Shown here in pieces: positions 29,640-38,979 of a stretch of 40,000 nt of DNA. The stretch comes from Pseudidiomarina mangrovi. GTDB taxonomy: Bacteria > Pseudomonadota > Gammaproteobacteria > Enterobacterales > Alteromonadaceae. Each line of letters starts with the position of its first letter. Position 1 is the first letter of the stretch. A model generated the notes under the pieces. It worked only from the letters and a program-made list of their open reading frames with translations, was not told the DNA's origin and made no database searches. Location of the stretch: positions 267,193-307,192 of the forward strand of contig NZ_RJLC01000014.1 in NCBI RefSeq assembly GCF_003999375.1, given 5' to 3'. The position numbers and the translations under genes are program-made.

Positions 29640-29789
29640 ATGAAAGTTGAACTTGTTACGAACCTTAAACGCCAAGCAACTAAAATCTTGGCCGAGTTGC
29701 ATGCCTCAAAAGAGCCGGTATTGATTACCGAACCCGGCCTCGCCGAACTTGACGCTGTCGCAGCATACATTGCGCGCATTAATGCTTAA
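29640..29789 (+). pseudogene. decayed phd'-'parE fusion remnant (homologue of cassette 15)
   Basis: The 49-codon ORF MKVELVTNLKRQATKILAELHASKEPVLITE|PGLAELDAVAAYIARINA joins the antitoxin N-terminus (compare 23611-) to the toxin segment LQELDAIAEYIA (compare 23880-). The upstream TACTATAGTGTCAC box is shared with 23573-23586. Confidence 0.7.
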
Positions 29790-29840
29790 TGAGGCGTCAC
29801 CTAACCACCTAGGTTGAGCCAACCATAAGGAATCTTTACC

Positions 29841-30185
29841 ATGAAAAAATTAGTGACTGCCCTATTTGCGATGCTGTTTGTCTCGCCTGTTTTGGCTCAA
29901 TCTGTATTTCAAGTTGCTAGCCATGTATTCCACCACGGTGAATTGGTCGCAAGCCCAGTGATGTTGATTGAAGCCAATAAAGAAGCGTCCATGAGCATTG
30001 GTGACGACTTCTATTATCAACTGACGGTATCACCGAATGACGATAATACCGTGAGTATTGTGACTCGAGTTACTGTCGCCGGTGAGACTTTTGAGCCATC
30101 ACTCATTGTTGCCTATGACCGCGAAGCGATTATTGAAATTGGTGCGCAGAAATTGAGCATGGTCATTTCTAAAGCTAGCCACTAA
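29841..30185 (+). CDS. secreted hypothetical protein
   Basis: 114 aa; signal peptide ALFAMLFVSPVLA/QS. Confidence 0.6.
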   Translation: MKKLVTALFAMLFVSPVLAQSVFQVASHVFHHGELVASPVMLIEANKEASMSIGDDFYYQLTVSPNDDNTVSIVTRVTVAGETFEPSLIVAYDREAIIEIGAQKLSMVISKASH

Positions 30186-30189
30186 CAGC

Positions 30190-30471
30190 ATGAAAGCTGT
30201 AAGACTGGCCGTTAAGATTATTCCGGGGGCCTCGCAAGAGAAAGTTGTGGGTATGCTCGGCGATGCGCTCAAGATCCGTGTGCGGGCGCAGCCTGAACGG
30301 GGAAAGGCCAATGCTGCCGTGATTGCGACATTGGCCAAATTTTTGCAATTGCCAGAAACGGCAGTGACTATTTGCGCGGGCCACACCTCTGCCAGTAAAG
30401 TGGTTGAGATACAAGGGCTTTCGCCCGTTGAGTTACAACATAAACTGACGACATTCGGGAAGTCATCGTAA
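30190..30471 (+). CDS. DUF167 (YggU-like) family protein
   Basis: VKIIPGASQEKVVG...LKIRVRAQPERGKANAAVIATLAKFL is the typical DUF167 pattern. Confidence 0.75.
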   Translation: MKAVRLAVKIIPGASQEKVVGMLGDALKIRVRAQPERGKANAAVIATLAKFLQLPETAVTICAGHTSASKVVEIQGLSPVELQHKLTTFGKSS

Positions 30472-30485
30472 TAAGAGGAAACCAC

Positions 30486-30692
30486 ATGCCATACGTCAAT
30501 GTGCAAATAACCAAAGGCGCAACCCGTCAACAAAAAGCTGAGTTGGTCAAAGATATAACCGACTCATTGGTTCGGGTGCTGGGCAAAAAGCCGGAGTATA
30601 CGCACGTAGTGATTCAAGAGATTGACGATGAAAATTGGGGCTTCTCGGGATTGCTTACCGATGAATGGAAGCGACAACAAAAAAATGGTTAG
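30486..30692 (+). CDS. 4-oxalocrotonate tautomerase-family protein
   Basis: MPYVNVQITKGATRQQKAELVKDITDSLVRVLGK has the catalytic Pro1 signature. Confidence 0.8.
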   Translation: MPYVNVQITKGATRQQKAELVKDITDSLVRVLGKKPEYTHVVIQEIDDENWGFSGLLTDEWKRQQKNG

Positions 30693-31110
30693 CTTTCAAC
30701 CGTGCTCTGATTTCGTTGCGGCGGCCGCGTTAACGTTAAGCAACATGCAAAGCTATTATCATCACTATGGCGTTGATTGGGATGCGCGGCAAATTGAAGC
30801 CATGACCCGTGACTTGGTGAACCTTGATATTCTGGCCGATGGCCAAGTTGTTGGCGTGATGCGCCTGTCATTCGATGAAACTAGCTGTATGGTGCGCGAT
30901 TTACAGGTAGACCCGCGCCAGCAAAATAAGGGCATCGGCGCACAGGCTCTTAGCGAAGCGAAACGTTTAGCACAGGCACAGAACCTGCAACGCCTGCAAC
31001 TGCGGGTATTCACCATCAGCCCAGCGGCGCGGCTGTATCAGCGTTTTGGCTTTACCCTTAGCCATCGCGATGAGCGCTTCGATTACATGGAGCTGTCACT
31101 GACCGTTTGA
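30685..31110 (+). CDS. GNAT-family N-acetyltransferase
   Basis: RQQNKGIGAQALSEAKRLAQ...ARLYQRFGF. ATG 30685 overlaps the tautomerase stop (ATGGTTAG). Confidence 0.75.
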   Translation: MVSFQPCSDFVAAAALTLSNMQSYYHHYGVDWDARQIEAMTRDLVNLDILADGQVVGVMRLSFDETSCMVRDLQVDPRQQNKGIGAQALSEAKRLAQAQNLQRLQLRVFTISPAARLYQRFGFTLSHRDERFDYMELSLTV

Positions 31111-31189
31111 CGTTGCCATTTTTTCGTCGCAATGAGGTGATGATTGCCTATAATTAGCGTTGCGCCACAACTCATGGAGTAGCAAGCTG

Positions 31190-31498
31190 ATGTCGGAATT
31201 TCAACATTTTACAGTATTAGCCGAAGGCATGGTGGCTGACCTTGATAGCGATTTTCAATGCCCCGATGGCCCGGCTTTTATGACTATGAAGGCCTGGGCG
31301 ACGGATGCCGACGAAGCGGCCGATATGCTGATACAGATAGGTAAGCATCTGGGTTTTCATGCCATTGGCGAGTTGCAGATTTTCATCACTGATTCGGAAC
31401 AACCACCCGAGCCCCAGCCGTACGGCTATGGAATTAACTTTACGCCCTTTGATGATGACGCCATGGATGACGATGAGGACAGTTCTGAGCTCCATTGA
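31190..31498 (+). CDS. hypothetical acidic protein
   Basis: 102 aa from ATG 31190; highly acidic C-terminus (FDDDAMDDDEDSSE). Confidence 0.5.
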   Translation: MSEFQHFTVLAEGMVADLDSDFQCPDGPAFMTMKAWATDADEAADMLIQIGKHLGFHAIGELQIFITDSEQPPEPQPYGYGINFTPFDDDAMDDDEDSSELH

Positions 31499-31540
31499 TC
31501 AGATAAACAGCGCTGGCAAAACATACATGGAGTTATATAA

Positions 31541-32074
31541 ATGAAGAAAATAGTACTGTTCGTTGTGCTGTTACTAACTGGCTGTGCCAATATTCCATTG
31601 GCCACCATGCTGGAAATGCGCTCGTTTGATCAAAATAGTTTTGTGCAGCTAAATCCAGAGGTGATTCGCACCAAGATCCAACTTGATGAGCCGGTCAAGA
31701 TCGATCTCGATAGCGCTGAATTATCGTTGGCCATCAACAGTTCTAAAGGGGTGCGGCTATTTCAATTTCCGTTGGAGCTAGTGAGTGAGCAGAACATTGC
31801 GCCAGAAGAGGGGTTTATCTTTACTACGCCGGGCAAGACTGAATACACGCTGAAGCTTTCTGCTGAGGCTATTCGTAGCTTTGAAGAAACCCAGCACGTG
31901 GTGGCGAGCGATGCCGGCAGCGAATTCGATATCACCGTACGTACTGGCTTTGACGATTTACCTGACCATATTGATGAAATTCGCCTCTCTATTTTTCTTT
32001 TGCTCAACGAACAGCGCGGCTACATCACCTTGTTTGAGGACGCTGAGCTCGCAATTAATCGCGATGGAGAGTAA
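31541..32074 (+). CDS. hypothetical lipoprotein
   Basis: Lipobox LLTGC. Confidence 0.65.
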   Translation: MKKIVLFVVLLLTGCANIPLATMLEMRSFDQNSFVQLNPEVIRTKIQLDEPVKIDLDSAELSLAINSSKGVRLFQFPLELVSEQNIAPEEGFIFTTPGKTEYTLKLSAEAIRSFEETQHVVASDAGSEFDITVRTGFDDLPDHIDEIRLSIFLLLNEQRGYITLFEDAELAINRDGE

Positions 32075-32180
32075 CACCGCATGACGGTGACCGAAGCGTT
32101 GGCAGTTACTGAAGCCGCCGGGCCCATTGCCTTCACCTCCGCTAAATAATCTGGCAAAAGCTGATTGTTTGACCTAATAT

Positions 32181-32206
32181 AAGACCATTATTTTGGTCTT
32201 TTTTTT
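32181..32206 (+). terminator. rho-independent terminator
   Basis: Stem AAGACCA (32181-32187) / TGGTCTT (32194-32200), 6-nt loop, followed by a T-run to 32206. Confidence 0.7.
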
Positions 32207-32235
32207 GGCTTATATTTAGGTGTGAAGAGGTGGTT

Positions 32236-32487
32236 ATGCAGCGTGTTTTAGCGAGCTTGTCAGTCAGCGTTTCAGAATTGAAGAAAAATCCTTCGGCACT
32301 CGTGGAGCAGTCCAACGGAGCGCCTATTGCAGTGCTAAATCATAACAAGCCAGCCGCTTATTTGATCCCGGCTGCTACTTATGAGGCGCTGATGGAGCGA
32401 CTTGAAGACTATGAACTCGGTCAGCTTGTTGAGCAGCGTCGTGATGAAAAATCACAGGCCATAGCGGTATCGGTCGATGAGTTATGA
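32236..32487 (+). CDS. Phd/YefM-StbD-family antitoxin
   Basis: SVSELKKNPSALVEQSNGAPIAVLNHNKPAAYLIPAATYEALMERLED. 11-nt overlap with the toxin gene. Confidence 0.85.
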   Translation: MQRVLASLSVSVSELKKNPSALVEQSNGAPIAVLNHNKPAAYLIPAATYEALMERLEDYELGQLVEQRRDEKSQAIAVSVDEL

Positions 32488-32722
32488 GCTGTATTTCCTG
32501 CCAAGCGCGCTGAAGGAATGGCAAAAACTATCGCCAACTATTCAGTATCAGTTTAAAAAGAAGCTCGTTGAACGGCTTGCTAATCCGCGAATCGCAGCGC
32601 ACAAGTTAAGCGGCTACGATTCTGTGTATAAAATTAAGTTGCGTGCTGTTGGCTATCGTCTGGTTTATGAAGTAATCGACGATAAACTCCTCGTTTATGT
32701 CATTGCAGTGGCTAAGCGTTAA
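32477..32722 (+). CDS. RelE/StbE-family toxin
   Basis: 81 aa; SALKEWQKL...YKIKLRAVGYRLVYEVIDDKLLVYVIAVAKR. Confidence 0.85.
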   Translation: MSYELYFLPSALKEWQKLSPTIQYQFKKKLVERLANPRIAAHKLSGYDSVYKIKLRAVGYRLVYEVIDDKLLVYVIAVAKR

Positions 32723-32896
32723 AATAATGCTATTTATAAGCGCGTTAACCAGCGATTATGACGCCAACGGATAGCTACCAATGACTTTACTCAACCAGAA
32801 ATGGGTGTTAACAGCGCTAGCTATGCTGGCTTTTGCCGGTAACTTCATTCTCGGTGGCGTTTACTTCGTTATCTGCCATAACTCCAGAGCGCCATT

Positions 32897-33409
32897 ATGA
32901 ATAACAACCTGCAGTTGACCACCGAGCGGCTGACCATTAGGCCGTTTACCCTAAGCGACGCCGCGTTTATTGTGAATTTGCTGAACCAACCCAGTTTCAT
33001 TATGAACATTGCAGACAAACAGGTTCGCAGCGTGGCCGATGCCGAAAACTATCTACTGAATGGCCCGCTTGCCAGTTACCAACAGCATGGTTTTGGCTTA
33101 TGCCGGGTGGCGCTGAAGCAGTCAGATACGCCGATTGGTATGTGCGGCTTGTTAAAGCGACCCGAACTGCCCCATGCCGATATCGGCTATGCTCTGTTGC
33201 CTGATTTTTGTGGCCACGGCTATGCTTTTGAAGCCGCGCAGGCGGTGTTAAAAAGCGCGCGCCAGTTGGCCACCATTTTAGCCATTACCAAACCCAACAA
33301 TGTCAGCTCAAATAAGCTGTTGGTGAAGCTTGGTTTTCAAGCCCAAGGCCAGCTAGAAATCTATGGCGAGCAAAATAATCTCTACCACTATCAAGCGCCC
33401 GCGCCTTAA
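32897..33409 (+). CDS. GNAT-family N-acetyltransferase (RimJ/RimL-like)
   Basis: TERLTIRPFTLSDAAFIVNLLN ... GHGYAFEAAQAVL. Confidence 0.8.
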   Translation: MNNNLQLTTERLTIRPFTLSDAAFIVNLLNQPSFIMNIADKQVRSVADAENYLLNGPLASYQQHGFGLCRVALKQSDTPIGMCGLLKRPELPHADIGYALLPDFCGHGYAFEAAQAVLKSARQLATILAITKPNNVSSNKLLVKLGFQAQGQLEIYGEQNNLYHYQAPAP

Positions 33410-33453
33410 TCTGCTATAACTAAGGTAGTCTTCGTTACCTAGAGAGAAAGCCG

Positions 33454-33702
33454 ATGAATAGCTTACACATTCAAGATTTCCTGCTGTATTGTTTGCTTGT
33501 TAATTACGCAGTTTTGTTGCTTTGGTGGGTACTTTTGATCGCTGGTGGCGAGCGAATTTATAGCTTACACCGACGCTGGTTTGCTCTCACCAATGAGCAG
33601 TTCGCAACCATTCACTACAGTGCGATGGCGGTTTACAAAATTCTAGTGATTGTCTTCAATGCGGTACCTTGGCTGGTGCTTTGGTTGATGTCGAATAACT
33701 AA
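33454..33702 (+). CDS. hypothetical small membrane protein
   Basis: 82 aa, 2-3 TM helices. Confidence 0.55.
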   Translation: MNSLHIQDFLLYCLLVNYAVLLLWWVLLIAGGERIYSLHRRWFALTNEQFATIHYSAMAVYKILVIVFNAVPWLVLWLMSNN

Positions 33703-33718
33703 CAAGTAATTAGAGAGT

Positions 33719-34771
33719 ATGAACAAACCAGAAAACACTGAGTTTGAGCTGACAAACTTCGGCCATAAGGACGAATATGGCCGCCAGGTTCGGATTGAAC
33801 ATCGCACCCGCTATACTCGAGTAAGTCGCACCAGTGCAGCAGCGCTGCGCGCACAAGTGCAAGCAGCAGGGGTTAATTTAACGGTTAATTCCAGTCACGG
33901 CGTGCGGTTATCGAAAGGCGTGTTGAAAGGTACGCAGGTAGCGCTACAAGATGGTCAATTTCGGCTACGTGGTCGTTATGGCAAAGGGCCAACCAAAATA
34001 AACCTAGCAAAAAGTGGGGTGACACTATCAACGCGTAATCAGTTGGGTAGTTTTAACTGGATCAAGCCTAACCGTTCATCGGCTAAATTATTTGGGGTGC
34101 AGGTACGCGGTAAGAAAGCCGCGCAACTACAACTGGTATATATGCTATTTTTGCTGCTGTATCAGGCTATTATCTTGCTTGCCAATACCGTGGTCATGCT
34201 CCTTAAGCTGGTGTGGTTGGTGGCTCAGCAGCTCTATCAGGGACTACTCGCGGCGATGCGTTGGCTTGCTGCCCGCCGAGCCGCTCTCATGCAATCGCGA
34301 CAACGCACGGCACTAACAAAAGCGCTGTTGGATGCCGACCTGCTCCCGACCAAAATAGTGCAAGCCATACAAGGTTGGACACCGCTTCAACAACAATCAG
34401 CCATACTATGGATTATTGCTGCGTGGGGTCAGGGTGACTCCGATCTCAGTCTAGTAACTCGCTGGCAAAGTGAGGCAGATAAGGCCGACTTCAAGACACC
34501 AGAGTTAACAGAGGCATTTGCTAGGCTCGCCGATATTGCACCGCAATTGAATGCGTTTACCGTGAGCTTTGACTCACGGCAGCTACGGCAAGACGAAATG
34601 CGTTTACTCACATGGTTGGCGCAACGCTTGCCTAAAACGCAGATCACGCTTGACTGGTTGCTTGATTTAGACGAGTGGCTAGTGCTAAACCAAGGCGGCC
34701 GATCAGCCCTGCAAGTGGCTATGTTTGATCGTTTAATGGCTTGTTTAAGTGTGGGTGTTGAGCCGCCATAG
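33719..34771 (+). CDS. hypothetical protein with DUF4236-like N-terminal repeats and central TM segment
   Basis: GVNLTVNSSHGVRLSKGV and TKINLAKSGVTLSTRN resemble DUF4236 beta-hairpin repeats. Hydrophobic stretch LQLVYMLFLLLYQAIILLANTVVMLLKLVWLVA. Confidence 0.55.
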   Translation: MNKPENTEFELTNFGHKDEYGRQVRIEHRTRYTRVSRTSAAALRAQVQAAGVNLTVNSSHGVRLSKGVLKGTQVALQDGQFRLRGRYGKGPTKINLAKSGVTLSTRNQLGSFNWIKPNRSSAKLFGVQVRGKKAAQLQLVYMLFLLLYQAIILLANTVVMLLKLVWLVAQQLYQGLLAAMRWLAARRAALMQSRQRTALTKALLDADLLPTKIVQAIQGWTPLQQQSAILWIIAAWGQGDSDLSLVTRWQSEADKADFKTPELTEAFARLADIAPQLNAFTVSFDSRQLRQDEMRLLTWLAQRLPKTQITLDWLLDLDEWLVLNQGGRSALQVAMFDRLMACLSVGVEPP

Positions 34772-34795
34772 CAATCCCAGCCATTTGGTCATAAT

Positions 34796-35851
34796 TTATC
34801 GCACCGCCGGCATCATTAGTGTCACGGTTGCAGCATCGGCATCTAGCTCTACCGGAAGGCCCATTGGCAAAATATGATTTTTACGAATATGACCAAATTG
34901 CGCACCGGTATAGGTCGGAACCCCGAGTGGCTTGAAGTAGTGTTCAAACACTTCATGTAAGGTAAAGCTGCCAAACCCGTTACCGGGGTCACAATCGGTG
35001 CAATGACCAAAAACTATTCCGGCTACACCGTCTAAATGACCGGCTAATTGTAGCTGCGATAAGAAGCGGTCAATGCGATAGATATCCTCCCCAACATCTT
35101 CGAGGGCCAGAATTTTACCGCGCAGATCGGGGAAAAACGGCGTGCCGACAAGGCTTGCGAATACCGTAAGATTACCACCCATCAAAATACCTTGCGCACG
35201 ACCTGAGTTGATGGTGGTGGTACGGTTGGTCATCATGGTGAGGGTTTTTTCTTGTTCTTTGTAATTCTGCATGGTGGTCATTTTGCCATCGATCAGCACA
35301 TCGCGTACCTGTTGCGCTTGAAAGTCTTCCCAATGCGAATAACCATTCGGGCCATGAAAAGAAACGAGACCAGTTTTTACATAGATGGCATTGATTAGCG
35401 CGGTAATATCGCTGTAGCCCATCAATACTTTATGGTTGCGACTAATCATTGAGTAATCAAGGAGATTGAGAATGCGATTGCAGCCCCAGCCACCGCGGAC
35501 CGCTACCACGGCATCAACGCTTGGGTCAGCAAAAGCTTGATTGACATCATCAGCGCGCTGTTGATCGGTGCCGGATAAATAACCAAAGCGGCCAAATACA
35601 TGCTGCCCCAGTTGTACCTTGAAACCCATGGCCTCAAACGATTCTTTGGCAATAAAGATGTAATGGCGATCGGGCAGCGCACTGGCAGGCGCGACTAAGC
35701 GAATGGTGTCACCAGCTTTTAACGCTTTTGGTAATAATAGCGGCTGTTCTGGCGCTGCCATTTGCAGGAGCGGTGTAGCCAGTATCTGCGTTGGCAAAGC
35801 GCTTGCTACAGCACCGGCCGTCAGTGCTTTGATAAATCCACGTCGATTCAT
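34796..35851 (-). CDS. ldcA: LD-carboxypeptidase (S66 family, LdcA-like) with Tat-type signal
   Basis: MNRRGFIKALTAGAVASAL twin-arginine leader; GYSDITAL nucleophile-elbow motif; FGHI near the C-terminus. Confidence 0.85.
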   Translation of the reverse strand: MNRRGFIKALTAGAVASALPTQILATPLLQMAAPEQPLLLPKALKAGDTIRLVAPASALPDRHYIFIAKESFEAMGFKVQLGQHVFGRFGYLSGTDQQRADDVNQAFADPSVDAVVAVRGGWGCNRILNLLDYSMISRNHKVLMGYSDITALINAIYVKTGLVSFHGPNGYSHWEDFQAQQVRDVLIDGKMTTMQNYKEQEKTLTMMTNRTTTINSGRAQGILMGGNLTVFASLVGTPFFPDLRGKILALEDVGEDIYRIDRFLSQLQLAGHLDGVAGIVFGHCTDCDPGNGFGSFTLHEVFEHYFKPLGVPTYTGAQFGHIRKNHILPMGLPVELDADAATVTLMMPAVR

Positions 35852-35958
35852 AGCGGTTTATTCTCCTATTGTTGACTTTCAACTAGCACACCCTTTAGTC
35901 TGCATCCTAGATGGTAATTCATGTAAATTAAAGTCTTCTTAATGGTTTGGGCGGATTC

Positions 35959-37371
35959 ATGATTAAGCGTTTGCTCACTTTTATAATGGTGCTCAGTATG
36001 ACGGTCATGACGAGTGCCCCACAGGCTCAACCTATGCATCAAAAACGCCTTGCTGCCGACCCAGCAGATCAATTTGTGGTTGCCGAATTAGCACAACGCC
36101 AGTTGCGCCTAGCTGATATTGAAGGGCCGCTCGATGCCTTGGCAGCCAGCAAATGGATCAGCCGGCAGGTTATTGGTCAGTCGTTTGAGGGCCGCCCGAT
36201 CTATCGTCTAACGGTCGGTCAGGGCGATACCGTGGTGCTGATGTGGTCGCAGATGCATGGCGATGAATCGACCGCTACGGCCGCGGTGCTGGATTTACTC
36301 CTGCGGGTTGCGCAGGATGACGACTGGCGATCCACTTGGATAGATAAGCTCACCCTACATATCATTCCGATGGTGAATCCGGACGGTGCCGAGCGTGCGC
36401 AACGGGAGAGTGCGCAAGGTATTGATATCAACCGAGATGCACAAGCGCTACAGACTCCAGAAGCGCGTTTGCTGCGCCAGCAAGCGGAACAACTTAAACC
36501 TGCCTTTGCTTTTAACTTACATGACCAGAATGATTATTATGCCGTTGGCGGCTCCGTGTATCCTGCAACCATTTCGGTGCTGGCGCCAGCGTTTGATGTG
36601 AGTAAATCGGTCAATGCTAGCCGCCAGCGCGCCATGCAGGTCATTGCCGGACTGATGACAGTAATGGACACTCACCTACCAGGACACACTGGGCGCTATA
36701 ACGATACCTATGAATGGCGCGCCTTTGGTGACTTATTCTCAGCATTTGGTATCAGTACCATTTTACTGGAGTCGGGCGCCTATTTTAATGACCCCGATCG
36801 GCAGGTGGCGCGAGCCTTGAATCGGGCGATGCTCAGCCAAGCACTGCTCGATATTGCCAATGAATCCAATCGTGATGCCGATGTTGAACGTTATTGGCAG
36901 ATCCCGCTGAATCGCACTAATGGCTTTCACGATCTGCTGATTGACGATCTAACAGTGTCAGCTGAACAGCAGTCTTATCAGGTGGATATCGCTATTCGCC
37001 GAACTAAAAACCGCAGTCACGGCCGGATTGAGAGTGTGGGTGACCATTCTACCGTCAATGCGTTCGAACGTTTCAATGGCCAAGGGCTGAGCTATCGTGT
37101 GGGGAATGGCTATGCTATTCCGGCCACTGGGTTATCACTCGAGCATAGCGACTATCAGCAGCTGCTGCAGCAGGGTTATAGCCATTTTATGGGTGACCAA
37201 GCGCTGCTGCAGGTCAAGACGCCATGGCCGGTGCTTGTTAATCCGGCTAGACCGCCCAGCGCCCAGCCCCAGCCCGATGAAAATGCGAGTTTTTTTCTTG
37301 CTCAAGGTGCTCGTATCACCCATGCCGTGCTGCAGGGGCAGTTATTCGAGTTAACGGATGCCGGGCAGTAA
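35959..37371 (+). CDS. M14-family zinc carboxypeptidase (MpaA-like murein-peptide amidase candidate)
   Basis: Signal peptide; zinc ligands HGDE (SQMHGDEST); NPDG and NRD motifs. Confidence 0.8.
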   Translation: MIKRLLTFIMVLSMTVMTSAPQAQPMHQKRLAADPADQFVVAELAQRQLRLADIEGPLDALAASKWISRQVIGQSFEGRPIYRLTVGQGDTVVLMWSQMHGDESTATAAVLDLLLRVAQDDDWRSTWIDKLTLHIIPMVNPDGAERAQRESAQGIDINRDAQALQTPEARLLRQQAEQLKPAFAFNLHDQNDYYAVGGSVYPATISVLAPAFDVSKSVNASRQRAMQVIAGLMTVMDTHLPGHTGRYNDTYEWRAFGDLFSAFGISTILLESGAYFNDPDRQVARALNRAMLSQALLDIANESNRDADVERYWQIPLNRTNGFHDLLIDDLTVSAEQQSYQVDIAIRRTKNRSHGRIESVGDHSTVNAFERFNGQGLSYRVGNGYAIPATGLSLEHSDYQQLLQQGYSHFMGDQALLQVKTPWPVLVNPARPPSAQPQPDENASFFLAQGARITHAVLQGQLFELTDAGQ

Positions 37372-37392
37372 CCTTCTTATGTATGGAGTAGC

Positions 37393-38979
37393 ATGACTAT
37401 GATAGACCGATCGCTTATGCATTTGCTGATCGCTGTCAGCTTACTGATATCGGTGGCTTCCAGCCACGCTAGTCAACCGAGTGCTGAGCAGCTAGCGCAG
37501 CGTATTGATCAAACCGTTGCCGAGGTCATGGCGAGCTATGCGGTACCTGGCGTTGCCATTGCCGTGGTGGAAGGGCAGCAGGTGGTATTTGCCAATACCT
37601 ATGGGGTGCAGGAACACGGACTCCCAGCGCCAGTCACAGCCAATACCTTATTTAAGATAGCCTCGGTCAGTAAAAACTTTACTAGTGCGGCGCTGGCGCT
37701 GCTGATCGATGAGGGCAAGTTGAGCTGGGATGATCGAGTTATCGATCATTTGCCAGAGTTTCGTACCTCCGATCCGTGGATCACTGCAGAGTTTCGCGTG
37801 CGCGATTTATTGATCCACAGTAGCGGGCTTAATTTGGGAGCCGGCGATTTAATGTTTTGGCCAACGCCCAATGACTTCACTCGCGAGGATATTCTCAAAG
37901 GGCTAAGATACTTACCCATGGATCGCGGTTTTCGCTCTCGCTATGCCTACGATAACATTCTGTACGTATTAGCCGGTGAGCTAACTGAGCGAGTCGCCGG
38001 TATGGCGTGGGAAGATTTTGTCGAGCAACGCTTGTTACAGCCGTTAGGTATGACCGCCTGTTTTGCCGGTATTGTACCTGAGGCGCAACGCTCATTGTTA
38101 GCGCAGCCCCATGGCGATATCGACGGGGTGCCGACAGTGGTGCGCCGTGATTTTGCTGATCAACGTATTCCCTCAGTGGCAGCGGGCGGCATGCGCTGCA
38201 GCCAAAGCGCGATGATCGAATGGATGAAAATGCAGTTAGCGCAGGGCCGTTATAGCGATGACGAAGGCAACCAACAGACCCTAATAAGCAGTAAAAATCA
38301 TGCGGAAATGTGGAAACCACAAACACTGACTCCAGTGGGCTCGCAGGCTAAGCAATGGAACAATACCTTATTTGGCGCGTATGGTTATGGCTGGCGAATT
38401 AACGATGTCGATGGTTTGTTGCTGATTCATCATACTGGCACCCTGCACGGCATGAATGCTTACCTTGCCTTTCTACCGCAGCGTAATGTTGGCTTCTTAG
38501 TGTTATTGAATAAATCCAATAGTGATGCCCGTACTGCCTTGATTCAAACCTTGATTAAAAGCTACACCAGCAGTGAGCAACAGGACTGGGTCGCACAAAC
38601 CAAAGCTTGGCGCGCACAACAGAATCAAAGACGGGCCGAACGCTTTACCGAGCCAACCACACAAGCGGTTGATCCAGCTTTGATAGCGCCGCTACTCGGA
38701 TATTATCGAGACCCTTGGTTTGGTGACATTAGTATTGAGCAGCACCAGCAATCATTGCGGTTACGCTCGCATCGCTCGGCTCGTATTGCTGGCGAGCTAT
38801 TTCACGTCAGCGGCACCACGTATGTAGTGCGGTGGGACGACCGAACCCATGAAGCCGATGCCTATGTGCGCTTCACCACCAGCATGAATGGCGCTATTGA
38901 AGGTATGCTGATCGAGAAGATTGACCCGGCGGCTGATTTTAGTTTTAACTTTGAAGATTTGCGCTTGCGGAAACTTTAA
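37393..38979 (+). CDS. serine hydrolase, class-C beta-lactamase/PBP-like (AmpH-type), with C-terminal extra domain
   Basis: Signal peptide and S-x-x-K active-site motif ASVSKNFTS; 528 aa. Confidence 0.8.
   Translation: MTMIDRSLMHLLIAVSLLISVASSHASQPSAEQLAQRIDQTVAEVMASYAVPGVAIAVVEGQQVVFANTYGVQEHGLPAPVTANTLFKIASVSKNFTSAALALLIDEGKLSWDDRVIDHLPEFRTSDPWITAEFRVRDLLIHSSGLNLGAGDLMFWPTPNDFTREDILKGLRYLPMDRGFRSRYAYDNILYVLAGELTERVAGMAWEDFVEQRLLQPLGMTACFAGIVPEAQRSLLAQPHGDIDGVPTVVRRDFADQRIPSVAAGGMRCSQSAMIEWMKMQLAQGRYSDDEGNQQTLISSKNHAEMWKPQTLTPVGSQAKQWNNTLFGAYGYGWRINDVDGLLLIHHTGTLHGMNAYLAFLPQRNVGFLVLLNKSNSDARTALIQTLIKSYTSSEQQDWVAQTKAWRAQQNQRRAERFTEPTTQAVDPALIAPLLGYYRDPWFGDISIEQHQQSLRLRSHRSARIAGELFHVSGTTYVVRWDDRTHEADAYVRFTTSMNGAIEGMLIEKIDPAADFSFNFEDLRLRKL

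Noticed and set aside
34092-34647. Internal alternative-frame and antisense ORFs (34092-34316, 34213-34437, 34429-34647) within the 350-aa hypothetical gene.
   Set aside because: They are nested in the longer ORF 33719-34771, have no independent start context, and give Cys/Arg/Ser-rich translations.
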